Positions 50,733 to 61,900 of a DNA stretch of 64,000 nucleotides are shown here, piece by piece. Under the pieces are notes generated by a model. That model saw nothing but the letters and a program-made list of their open reading frames with translations. It was not told where the DNA came from and did no database searches. How positions within the stretch are numbered: the first letter of the stretch is position 1; every line of letters begins with the position of its first letter. The translations under genes and the position numbers were made by a program. Origin of the DNA: Lysobacteraceae bacterium (lineage in GTDB: Bacteria > Pseudomonadota > Gammaproteobacteria > Xanthomonadales > Xanthomonadaceae); NCBI GenBank assembly GCA_044340325.1, contig JBIITV010000003.1:2734-66733 (forward strand), given 5' to 3'.

Positions 50733-51998
50733 ATGAAGAACATGCAGCAGCTGATACAACTGCGCTGGTTCGCGCTCGCCGGTCAGATCGCCACCATCGC
50801 GACGGTGACCTGGGGGTTCGGCATCCGCTTGCCGCTGCTGCCGATGGCGGTGGTGCTGGCGTGTCTGGCCGCGTTCAACGTGATCAGCCTGCTGCGCTGG
50901 CAGCGACGCGAGGACGTCACCGACGGCGCGCTGCTGCTCTCGCTGCTGGTGGATGTGGTCACGCTGACTGCGCTGCTGCATCTCAGCGGCGGCGTCGCCA
51001 ATCCGTTCGTGTTTCTGTATCTGCTGCAGGTGGTGCTGGGCGCGGTGCTGCTGCAGGCGCGCTCCAGCTGGGTGGTGGTGGCGGCGACCAGTCTTGGATT
51101 CATCGGCCTCATTCTGTTGCCCGGCCCGGTGGTGATTCCGGTCGACCCCACCCGCGCGCTGGCCGATCACTACGTACAGGGCCTGCTGCTGTGCTTTCTG
51201 CTCAACGCCATTCTGCTGGTGGTGTTCATCAACCGGATCAGCGCGATCCTGCGCGCGCGTGCCGCGCGTCTGGCCGATCTGCGCCAACGTGCGGTCGAAG
51301 AAGAGCACATCGTGCGCATGGGGCTGCTGGCGTCCGGCGCCGCGCACGAACTGGGCACGCCGCTGGCGACGCTGTCGGTGATCCTGGGCGACTGGCGACG
51401 GATGCCGCCGTTCACCGAGCAGCCCGAACTGCAGCAGGAGATCGACGAGATGCAGGCCCAGCTCACGCGCTGCAAGACCATCGTCAGCGGCATCCTGCGC
51501 TCGGCGGGCGACGCGCGCGGCGAAGCGCCCGAGCTGACCACGATCAACACCTTTCTCGACGCACTGGCATCGGAATGGCGCGCCACGCGTCCGGTGCGTA
51601 CATTCGACTACCGCAACAGTTTCGGCGAAGACCTGCCGATCATCTCCGACTGGGGTCTGAAGCAGATGATCCACAATGTGCTGGACAATGCGCTGGAAGC
51701 ATCGCCCGATTGGGTGGGCCTGTACGCGTCGCGCGATCAGGGCCGTCTGGTGCTGCGGGTGCGCGACGACGGCCCGGGCTTTGCGCCGGCCATGCTCGCC
51801 AGGTTCGGCAAACCGTATCAGTCCAGCAAGGGCAGGGCCGGCGGCGGCCTCGGTCTGTTCCTGTCGCTCAACGTGGCGCGCAGCCTGGGCGGCAGTATTT
51901 CCGCCTTGAATCGCGAAGCGGGCGGAGCGGTCATCACGATGCTGCTGCCGCTGTCAGCGATCATGCATGGGGACGCCTACGATGACGACCTCGCCTGA
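50733..51998 (+). CDS. regB: RegB/PrrB/ActS-type redox sensor histidine kinase (start uncertain)
   Basis: GGVANPF quinone-binding motif, AAHELGTPL H-box, DNALEA, DDGPGF, GLGL. Confidence 0.85.
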   Translation: MKNMQQLIQLRWFALAGQIATIATVTWGFGIRLPLLPMAVVLACLAAFNVISLLRWQRREDVTDGALLLSLLVDVVTLTALLHLSGGVANPFVFLYLLQVVLGAVLLQARSSWVVVAATSLGFIGLILLPGPVVIPVDPTRALADHYVQGLLLCFLLNAILLVVFINRISAILRARAARLADLRQRAVEEEHIVRMGLLASGAAHELGTPLATLSVILGDWRRMPPFTEQPELQQEIDEMQAQLTRCKTIVSGILRSAGDARGEAPELTTINTFLDALASEWRATRPVRTFDYRNSFGEDLPIISDWGLKQMIHNVLDNALEASPDWVGLYASRDQGRLVLRVRDDGPGFAPAMLARFGKPYQSSKGRAGGGLGLFLSLNVARSLGGSISALNREAGGAVITMLLPLSAIMHGDAYDDDLA

Positions 51999-52557
51999 TA
52001 CCAACTCAGTCGGGCCGCACTCATCCGAGCCGCGCAGACTGCTGGTGGTCGAGGACGACGCCGCATTCGCGCGCACGCTCTGCCGTTCGTTCGAGCGTCG
52101 CGGCTACGAAGTGCGCATGGCGGCCAATCACGACGAGATGGTCGCGCTGTTGTCCGCATGGTCGCCCGGCTATGCGGTGGTCGATCTCAAACTGCAGGCA
52201 GGCGATTCCGGTCTGACCTGCGTCCAGGCGCTGCATGCGCACGATGCGGACATGCTGATCGTGGTGCTGACCGGCTATGCCAGCATCGCCACCGCCGTGG
52301 AAGCGATCAAGCTCGGCGCCTGCAATTATCTTGCGAAGCCCTCCAACACCGACGACATCGAAGCCGCGTTCGGCCGCGCCGCCGGCGATGTCACAGTCGA
52401 ACTCACCCAGCGCCCCACCTCCATCAAGACCCTCGAATGGGAGCGCATTCACGAAACCCTCGCCGAAACCGGTTTCAACATTTCCGAAACCGCGCGGCGG
52501 CTCGGCATGCACCGGCGCACGCTGGCGCGCAAGTTGGGCAAGCATCGGGTGAAGTGA
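51982..52557 (+). CDS. regA: RegA/PrrA/ActR-type response regulator
   Basis: VEDD, VVDL, LTGYASIATAVEAIKLGA, WERIHETL, NISETARRLGMHRRTL. Confidence 0.9.
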   Translation: MTTSPDTNSVGPHSSEPRRLLVVEDDAAFARTLCRSFERRGYEVRMAANHDEMVALLSAWSPGYAVVDLKLQAGDSGLTCVQALHAHDADMLIVVLTGYASIATAVEAIKLGACNYLAKPSNTDDIEAAFGRAAGDVTVELTQRPTSIKTLEWERIHETLAETGFNISETARRLGMHRRTLARKLGKHRVK

Positions 52558-52597
52558 GCTTGTCGCTCGCGCGCGGCACTGGAGATCGACAGGGCGT

Positions 52598-52704
52598 TCC
52601 TTCTCCCCGCATGCGCACCGCTTCGCCACCGCAGGCGGGAGAAGCAAAGCCGCATTTGCTCTTCCTTCTCCCCGTGCATCGCACGGGGAGAAGGAAAGCC
52701 GCAT
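52598..52704. repeat. Two tandem REP-like hairpin units; the second is a perfect 16-bp stem
   Basis: ttccttctccccgtgc-atc-gcacggggagaaggaa (52662-52696). Both units end in aaagccgcat. Confidence 0.85.
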
Positions 52705-52920
52705 CGGCGCCAGGTGACCGCCTGCGGCTTCGCCAAGTCGGACAGGCCGGATCAGGGGGGGCGGTGCCGGTCGGCATTCTCATCCCGGCGCCCGAGGCCA
52801 CCGTGCCCCTCCGGACACGGCCGAAACTCCCCCTAAACTTCTGTCCCGAACCCTGGATTAACGCGATGACTTGGGCGAATTCGCCCGCGCCTCATCAGCA
52901 TTCATCTAAGGAATCGAGCC

Positions 52921-55900
52921 ATGGTCGCTGTTTTCACCGGAACGGGTCTGGGCCTGTACAACACCTCGTACACCCAGTTGGGATTTACGACCGGCGGCAG
53001 CGGCGGCCTTGGGCAGAGCCGCGAGAGCCAGTACGTCAATCTCTCGACCGGCAATCTGGTGCTGCAGGATCTGGACGAAAGTCTGTTCGTCCGCGGCCTG
53101 AATGCCTCGTTCCTGCGCACCTACAACAGCCGGGGCACGGTGGCGGGGCAGGGCCAGGACGGCTGGGTGACGGGGTTCGAGCGCAACGTGACGCTCACCG
53201 GGACCCTCAACGCGGCCGGCAGCACGATGACGCTGACCACCGGCGACGGCCAGAGCGTGGTCTTCGTCTACTCGGGCACCGCCAACCGCTACACGACGAC
53301 CGGCGGCGACGGCGCCCACGACACGCTGATCTGGAATGCCACCAACCTCAACTGGACCTACACCGAAGGCAGCACCCGGCGCGAAGAGCTGTATGCCGAT
53401 CACGCCAACGCCACGCTGAAGGGGCGTCTGACCCGGATCCGGGATCTGAAGAGCGACGGCACCACGCCCGCGCAATACGACATCGTCTACGACGCCAGCA
53501 ACCGGATTTCCGAAGTGCGGTCGATCGACGGCACGGTGCTGGTCGGGCAACGCGACTCAATCGTGTTCACCTACAACGCGGCCGGCCAGCTGGCCTCGAT
53601 CAGCACCCGCGAAGGCGGTGTGCTCAAGGGGCAGGTGAGCTACGGCTACGAAAACGGCGACGGTAGCGGCCGCCTGGCTTGGGTGCAGACCGATCTGACC
53701 CCCGAGATCACGACCGACAACACCTGGGACGGCACCACCGCCGCCAACAATGACGGCAAGCGTTTCCGCACCAGCTACACCTACGTCAGCGCCACGGCCA
53801 GCGATCTGCGCATCGCCAGCGTCAGCACCAGCGACGGGGTGACGGTGGGCTACACCTATGAAGCCGACGGCAGCGGCGGCTTCCGGGTGAAAACGGTCAC
53901 CCAGGGCAGCGGCGGCGCGGCCCAGACCACGACCTTCACCTACGGCGCGACCACGACCGATGTGGTCGACGGCGCCGGCCGCACCTGGACCTACGAATAC
54001 GACGCCAACAAGCAGCTGATCGCGATGCTGGAGCCTGCGGTGAGCGGGCTGCGCCAGAAGACCAGCTACACCTACGACGCCTCCGGCAATCTGACCCGCG
54101 TCAGCCAGGCGCCGAGCGCCGGCAATGCGGCGGTGCTGGACACCGTGTTCCGGTACGACGCCAACGGCAACCGCACCCTGCAGCGCGATCTGCTGGGCAA
54201 TACCGTCGCCTGGACCTACAACGCGTCCAATCAGGTCACCGCCGAAACCCGCTACACCGTGGCCGATGCCGACGGTCTGGATCCGACCCACGTCGGCACC
54301 ACCAATGTGCCTTCTGGCGCGCTGGTCACGCGCTACATGTACGACGGCCGCAATCGCGTGCGTTTCGTGCTCAATGCCGCAGGCGAAGTGCGCGAGGTGA
54401 CCTATGCCGCCAACGGCAATGGCGTCGGTCAGGTCGCGACCGAGCGCCGGTATCTCGGCGCCACCTATACCGGCACCACCTACACCGAAGCGGCGCTCAA
54501 CACTTGGGCGACCGACGCGGCGGCGCTGCGCAAGTCCAACAGCGCGTTGACCGAATACACCTACGATGCCAAGGGTCGTCTCTCGCAGACCACCGCCTAT
54601 GCGGCCGTCACCGCCGATGTCGCCGGCACCGGCGTGCTGGATGCCAGCGCCGAGATCGCGCGTTACACCTACAGCGCGCAGGGCCTGCTGCTGCAGAAAC
54701 TCACCGTACGCGGTGCGGCGCGCACGGTGACGGGCGCGGCGCCGACCACCAGCGAGATCGTCGATTACATCTACGACGGCATGGGTCGCCTGCTCAGCCA
54801 GCTGAGCCGCGGCGCGGACATCGCAGCGATGCCGGATCCGCGTCTCGATCCCACAGGGTATGCGACGTGGATGGCGGCGAACGACGGCGCGACCGTGCTC
54901 ACCGCCTATGCCTACACCGACTCGGCCAATCAGATCCGGGTGACCTTCGATACCGGCGCGGCCCGCACCGCGACCCACAACAGCGCCGGCCAGATGGTGT
55001 CGGCCAGCGATGTCGGCGTGGTGTCCGGCAGCCCCGTCATCCGCACCACCCAGAGCTTCTACGACAACACCGGTCGTCTGCGCGCCACCCAGGATGCCAC
55101 CGGCGCGCGCATGTACTACTTCTACGACCCGGCCGGGCGGTTGACGGCGGTGGTCGACGGCACCGGCGCGGTGGCGAAGACGGTCTACGACGGCGTTGGC
55201 CGGGTCGTGCAGACCGTGGCTTACGCGACCCGCGTCGACACTGCCGCGTGGCTCTCCGGCAGCACCGTGGTCAAGGACACGCTGGTGTTCGCGGCGACCG
55301 CGCCGGGGCTCACCGCGAATCAGGCCTGGGTGCAGACCGATGCGGTGAACGACCGCAGCGGCAGCCAGACCTACGACAGCGCCGGCCGACTGGCGACGCA
55401 GACCGATGCAGCAGGTCTGGTCACCACCTACGCTTACGACGGCGCCTCGCGCCTGTTGTCGGCGACCGTGGCCAAGCCCGGCGACGCGACCGTCGTGCCG
55501 CGCGTGAGCCGCATGTTCTACGACAGCGCCGACCGCATGGTCGCAACGCTCGATACCGCCGGGTATCTGACCGAGACGCTCTACGACGCCGGCGGCCGTG
55601 CGGTGCAGACCATCCGCTACGCGACGCAGACCAGCAGCGCATTCTGGGCGACCGGGACGCTGGCGCAGCTGCGCCCGGCCGCCAATGCGGCCAACGACCA
55701 GACCACGCGGCTGTTCTACAACGCGCGCAGCCAGCAGATTGGCATGCTCGACGCCGAAGGCCATCTGACCGAGTTCGTCTACGACGACGCCAACAACCAG
55801 CGCGCGGTGAAGGCCTATGCCAAGCGCCTGACCGGCCTGACCGGCACCGAGACGTTCGCCGCGCTGCGCACCAGCGCCACCACCGGCGCGCCTGCGGAAG

Positions 55901-58900
55901 CGTTCCGCCTGACCCAGCGCAGCTACAACGGCCTGGGCCAGCTGGTCACCGAGCTCAATCACGAAGGCACTGTCACCCGCTACAGCTACGACGAAGCCGG
56001 GCGACTGGTGAAAACCGAAGCGGCGCAGGGCACCACCGAGGTGCGCGAGGGCAACCGTCGCTACGACGTGTTCGGCAATGTGATCGGCGAGCTGACGGGC
56101 GAGGGTTCGACCCGTCTGATCGGCGGCATGAGCGAAGCGCAGATCGACGCCATCTACGCCCAGTACGGCGTGCGCCACAGCTATGACCTGGTCGGCCGCC
56201 GGATCGAGAGCGTCGATGCCGCCGGCAACAAGACCTGGTACTTCTACGATGCCGCCGGACGTCAGACCTTCACCGTGCGCGGCATGCACGACAGCGGCAA
56301 CGTGCAGAACGCGCAGGGCGAAGTCGTCGAGACCCGCTACAACGCCTTCGGTCAGGCGATCGACAGCATCGCCTACACCGGCCGCATCACCCTCGGCGTG
56401 CCGGGCAGCCGTGCCAGCGTGCAGACCGCGATCTCGGCGTTGAGCATCGGTACCACCGACAGCCGCACGCAGTTCCGCTACGACACCCGGGGTCTGCTCA
56501 GCGAGCGCATCGATGCGGAGAATTACCGCAATCTGTACACCTACACCGCGTTCGGCGAGCTGCGCACGCAGCAGGATCTGGAAGCGAACAACAGCGTCCG
56601 CCGCACCGTCACCAGCAGCTACGACAATCGCGGCCTGCTGAGCAACCAGACCGAAGCCGGCGGCACGCTCAGCCGCAGCATGGGCGTGGTGTACGACGCC
56701 TTCGGCCGCGCCACCACCCGCACCGATGCGCGCGGCAACACCATCACGCTCACTTACGACCGACTCGGCCGCACGGTCTCGCAGACCGCGAACAACGTCA
56801 GCGGCCGGAATGAAAGCGTGTCGACGGCTTACGACGCCTTCAGCCGCGTGGTCAGCCAGACCGATGCGCTGGGTCGTGTCACCAGTTACACCCACAGCGA
56901 CAGCGGGCGCAGCATCACCGTGCTCACTGCCGAAGGCGTGAGTGTGACCACCACCCAGAACCGCTTCGGTCAGGGGTTCACGGTCACGCAGACGCTGCCC
57001 GACGGCACCGTCGCGACCACCACGACGACCTATAACAAGGACGGCCAGGTCCTCACCGTGACCGATCCTTTGAACCGGATCAGCCGCAGCGAGTACGACG
57101 CCCGTGGTCTCACCGTGGCCACTGTCGATGGCAGCGGCCGCCGCGTCGACTACACCTACGACGCCGCCGGTCGCGTGCTGACCCGCCTTGAGGACGGCAT
57201 CGATTCCAAGACCAATCCCGGTCTCAGATTGACCACCACCTGGGTCTATGACGGCCAGGGCCGTCAGATCCAGGTGACCGATCCGAGCGGCGTGCGCACC
57301 ACGCTGAGCTACGACCGCAAGGGCAATCTGCTCGAAGCGATTCTCGACCCTGCAGGCTTGGCGCTGCGCACCACGTACACGTGGGATCGCGACGGCCGCC
57401 AGCTGACGATGACCCAGGGTGCGGGCACCGCTGCGGCGATGACCATCGCCTACGCCTACGACGCTTTCGGGCGCCGCAGCACCGAGACGGTTTCGCCGGG
57501 CGTGCTGAACCTGATCACCACCTATACCTACGACGCCAACGACAACGTCGTCAGCAAGCTCGACGCCAGCGGCCGCGTCACCCGCTTCAGCTACGACGCC
57601 GCCAATCGCCTGCGTTTCAGCGTCGATGCTTCCGGTGGCGTCAGCGAGGTGGTCTACGACGCGGCCGGCCGCGCCACGATGACCCGCACCTTTGCCAAGG
57701 TGGCGGTGATCAGCGGACTATCGGCCGCGCCGAGCGAGGCCGAGGTCGCTGCGCTGGTGACCTCGCAGACGCTCGCGAACGATGCATTGGATGAAGTGTC
57801 CTATCGCATCTACGACCGCGACGGTCGTTTGACGATGACCGTCGACGGCACCGGTAGCGTGATCGAGATCGTCTACGACAGCGCCGGCCGCAAAGTGCTG
57901 GAGCGCCGCTATGCCCAGTCCGCAGCGCTGACCACAACCCTGCGCGGGCAGCTGCAGGCCGGTGCCGCCACGGTCGCCACACTGCGTGCCGCTGCCGGTG
58001 CGAACGCTGCGAAGGATGTACAGACCCGCTACGTCTACGACGCTGCGGGGCAAGTGGTGTTCATGCTCGACGCCATGGGTGCGGTCACCCGCAACTGGTA
58101 CGACGCCGCCGGGCGCGTGGTCGCATCGCGCCGCTATGCGACCGCAGTGAATTTCGCCAGCGTCACCGACACCACCAGCGTCGCGACGCTGCAGGGCCTG
58201 GTGATCGAAAACCTTGCCGATCAGGGCGAGTACCGCGTCTACGACGGCGCCGGTCGCGTGGCCTATCTGATCGATCTGGCCGGCACCTTGCAGCAGATCG
58301 GCTACGACGGCGCGGGCCGGATGACGGTCACCCGCACCTACGCCACGCTGTTCTCGGTCAGTACCACGTTGCGCGACGCGCTGCGTGCGGGCACCGCCAC
58401 GGTCGCCGACTTCTCCACATTCGCCACCACCAACGAAGCGGCTGCGCGCGCCCAGGCGATGGTCTACGACAGCGCCGGTCGCGCCCGTTACTCGGTGACG
58501 CGTTCGGCTGCGGGTATCGCCCAGGTCTCGGAGACCCAGTACGACGCCGCCGGTCGCGTAGTCGCGAGCGTGCAGTACGGTGTCAACATCGGCTTCAGCA
58601 CGAGCTACAGCGAGGCCGGCGTAGCGGCGGCGTTGAGCACCGCGCTGAGCCCCGATCCGCTGACCCGCGCAAACCAGATCCGCACCCAGCGCATCGTCTA
58701 CGACACCGCCGGACGCCAGCGCTTCATGCTCGATGCCACCGGCGCACTCGCCGAGTGGCGCTACGACGGCGCCGGCCGGGTCACGGACACCATCGCCTAC
58801 GGGCAACGTCCTCCGGCCACCACCACCACCGAGACCGGTCTCAGCGCCTGGGCCGCTGCCCAGCCCGCCGCCGACGTGCGCCGCACGCAGTCCGCCTACG

Positions 58901-61900
58901 ATGCTTCCGGCCGCCTGCAGGTGCGCACCGACGCGCTCAACAAGACCGAGAGTTTCACCTACGACGGCGCCGATCGCCTGCTGACCCGCACCGACCGCAA
59001 CAACGCGGTCTGGACTTACCAGTACGACGCCGCCGGCCGTCGCACTGCGGAGATCACGCCGCAGGTGTCGGTGAGCAGCGTCAACAGCGCTGGTGTGCTC
59101 GTTCCCGAGCCGGCGCCGCGCTCGATCGTCACCCGCTTCACCTACGACGCGCTCGGCAACGTCCGCACCCGTACCGACAACGCCGATGCGCCGGTCACCG
59201 CCGACCGCCGCACCACCACCTACGTCTACGACAACCGCGGCTACCAGGTCAGCACCATCTTCCCGGATGCCGGCAGCTACAACGTGACCACCAATGCGCT
59301 GGACGCCACCGGCGTGCAGGCGACGATCGAGATCACCTACAACGCCCTCGGCCAGGCGGTGGTGCAGAAGGACGTCCGCAACAACTTCAGCTACAAGACC
59401 TACGATGCGCTGGGCCGGGTGACCTACGAGGTCGACCAGGAAAACAACGTCAGCACATACACCTACAACGCGTTCGGTGAAGTGAGCTCGATGCGTCGCT
59501 TCGCGACGGCGCTCAATACCGGGGTGATCGCCGGCTGGACGGCCGGCCAGGCGCTGAGCGCGGCGCAGCTGCAGACCGTGGGCGCGATCGTCGCCAACGC
59601 CAACGACCGCACCATCGACACTGCGTACACCGCGTTGGGCCAGAAGGCCAGCGTGACCCAGCCGCAGGTGACCTACTACCGCAACGACGGCAGCGCCGCC
59701 AGCGGTTCGCCGGTGAAGACCTTCGCCTACAACGCCTTCGGCGATCTGGTCACGGAATCCGATCTTCTGGAAGGCGTGCCCAACAGCGGCAGCGAAGTCT
59801 GGGCCACCGCCTATCGCTACTACGATGCGCTGGGCCGCAATACGTTGACCGTGGACGCACTGGGTTATGTCACCGAGACCAAGTACAACGCCACCGGCGA
59901 AGCGATCGAGACCATCGAGTACGCGCGCGCGCTGAGCCAGACCCCGAACGTCAACACCCGTCCGGGCCTGCCGGCGCCGGGCGATGCCAGCACCGGCGAC
60001 AACCGCATCAGCCGCTGGGGCTACGACGCGCTGGGCCGCAAGACCAGCGAGATCTCGGTGCGCCAGTACCGCCGCATCGACGGCAGCACCGGTACCAGCG
60101 ATGTCACCGCAATCTATGGTTACGACAACGAAGGCCGGGTCACTTCGATCACCGACCCCACCGGCGTCACCACCACCACCTACGACGCGATCGGCCGTAC
60201 CACCTCGGTGCAGGAGCCGACCCGCGCAACGGTGGTGCAGGGCGTGGATACCTTCCTCGGCGGTAGCGCCACGCGCGATCTCACCTCGATCGCGCTGTAC
60301 GAACAGCGCTCGCCGTACACCACGATGGCCTACGACGCTTTCGGCAATGCGGTGGCGGTGCGGCGTTACGCCAACGGCAAGAACGGCGCCAACGCCGCCG
60401 TGGCCGACGACAGCCGCGATCAGGTCCAGCTGATGCGCTACGACTGGCAGGGCCGCGCGGTGTGGGAGCGCGACGGCGAAGGTGCCGTCGTCACCCGCAG
60501 CTTCGACGCTGCCGACAACATCACCGGCGTGCGCTACACGCTGACCGGCAACGAAGGCCGCAGCGCGATCGTGCGGGTGAGCAACACCTACGACAAGACC
60601 GGTCGCCAGAAGACCACGCTGACCGAACGCGATCTGTATTTGAACGGCGTGACCCAGAACACCACTGTCGTCGATACCGGCGAGACGGTGACCTACAACG
60701 CCTTCGGTGAGATCACCGGCAAGACCATCAACGGCCTCACCGGCGGACTGGCCTATGCCTACGACGCCGCCGGCCGGCTGATCTCATCCAACGACAGCGG
60801 TGCGGTGCGCAACTTCGGCTACAACCTCGCCGGGCATCAGGTGCGCACCAGCCAGAACGCATACCTGAGCGCCACCGACGGCGTGGTGGTGGCGGTCACC
60901 TTCAACCGCGTCGACAAGCTCGGCCGGATATTGGAAGTGAAGCTGCCGTCGCACAATGCCAGCACCGCGACCACCAGCACCATCACCCAGCGGGTCGACC
61001 GCTGGGGCAATGTGGTGCAGATCATCGACGCGCGCGGCTACCAGACCGACTACGAATACAACAGCCTCAACCAGCTGGTGCGCGAGACACGCCCGCTGGT
61101 GAAGGTGGTGGCGGAAAACGGCGGCGTCAGCTGGCTGCGTCCGGTCAACCAGTGGTACTACGACGCGCTGGGCCGTCTGGTCGCGACCCGCGACGCCAAC
61201 GGCAATCTGCGCAGCAACGAATACGACGCCACCGGCCGCATGACCGCGTCCCGCGACGCCTACGGCAACACCACCCGGCACGCCTACGATGCGCTGGGCA
61301 ACCAGCGGCTGATGCAGAACGCGCTGGGCTATCTGACGTTCAAGGAATACGACCGTCGCGGTCAGATCACCGCGATCGGCGACTATCTGCCCGCCAGCAA
61401 CGGCACGACCCGCGAAAAGACTTCTCTGCAGCGCTATGTGCTGAACCAGAACGGCGACCGCATCGAAGTGAAGAACGCGCTGAACTTCGCGGCGCAGTAC
61501 GACTACGACAGCCGCAAGCAGTTGATCCGCAGCAAGACCGCGATGGGCGTGGTGATGGAATACGCCTACGACGCGGCAGCGCGCAAGGTCCGTGAGCGCA
61601 ATGGCCTGTCGCTGCCGGTCAATGCGCCGACCTATGTGGATCGCGAGAGCGAGACGGTGCGGCTCAATGAACTGAGCTGGGACTACGACGTGTTCGGTCG
61701 GGTGATCGACCACAACAACCTCAGCGGCCGCGACAGCGACTACGCCTACAACGCCAGCTCCGGTCAACTGACCGGCGAGACCGCCGCCGGCGGTTCGGGC
61801 ATCCTCACCGGCAACGGCAGCAAGACCATCAGCTACTACGCCAATGGGCGTATCCGCCAGGTGATCGAGGGCGCCACCACCTATCGTTACGAATACGACG

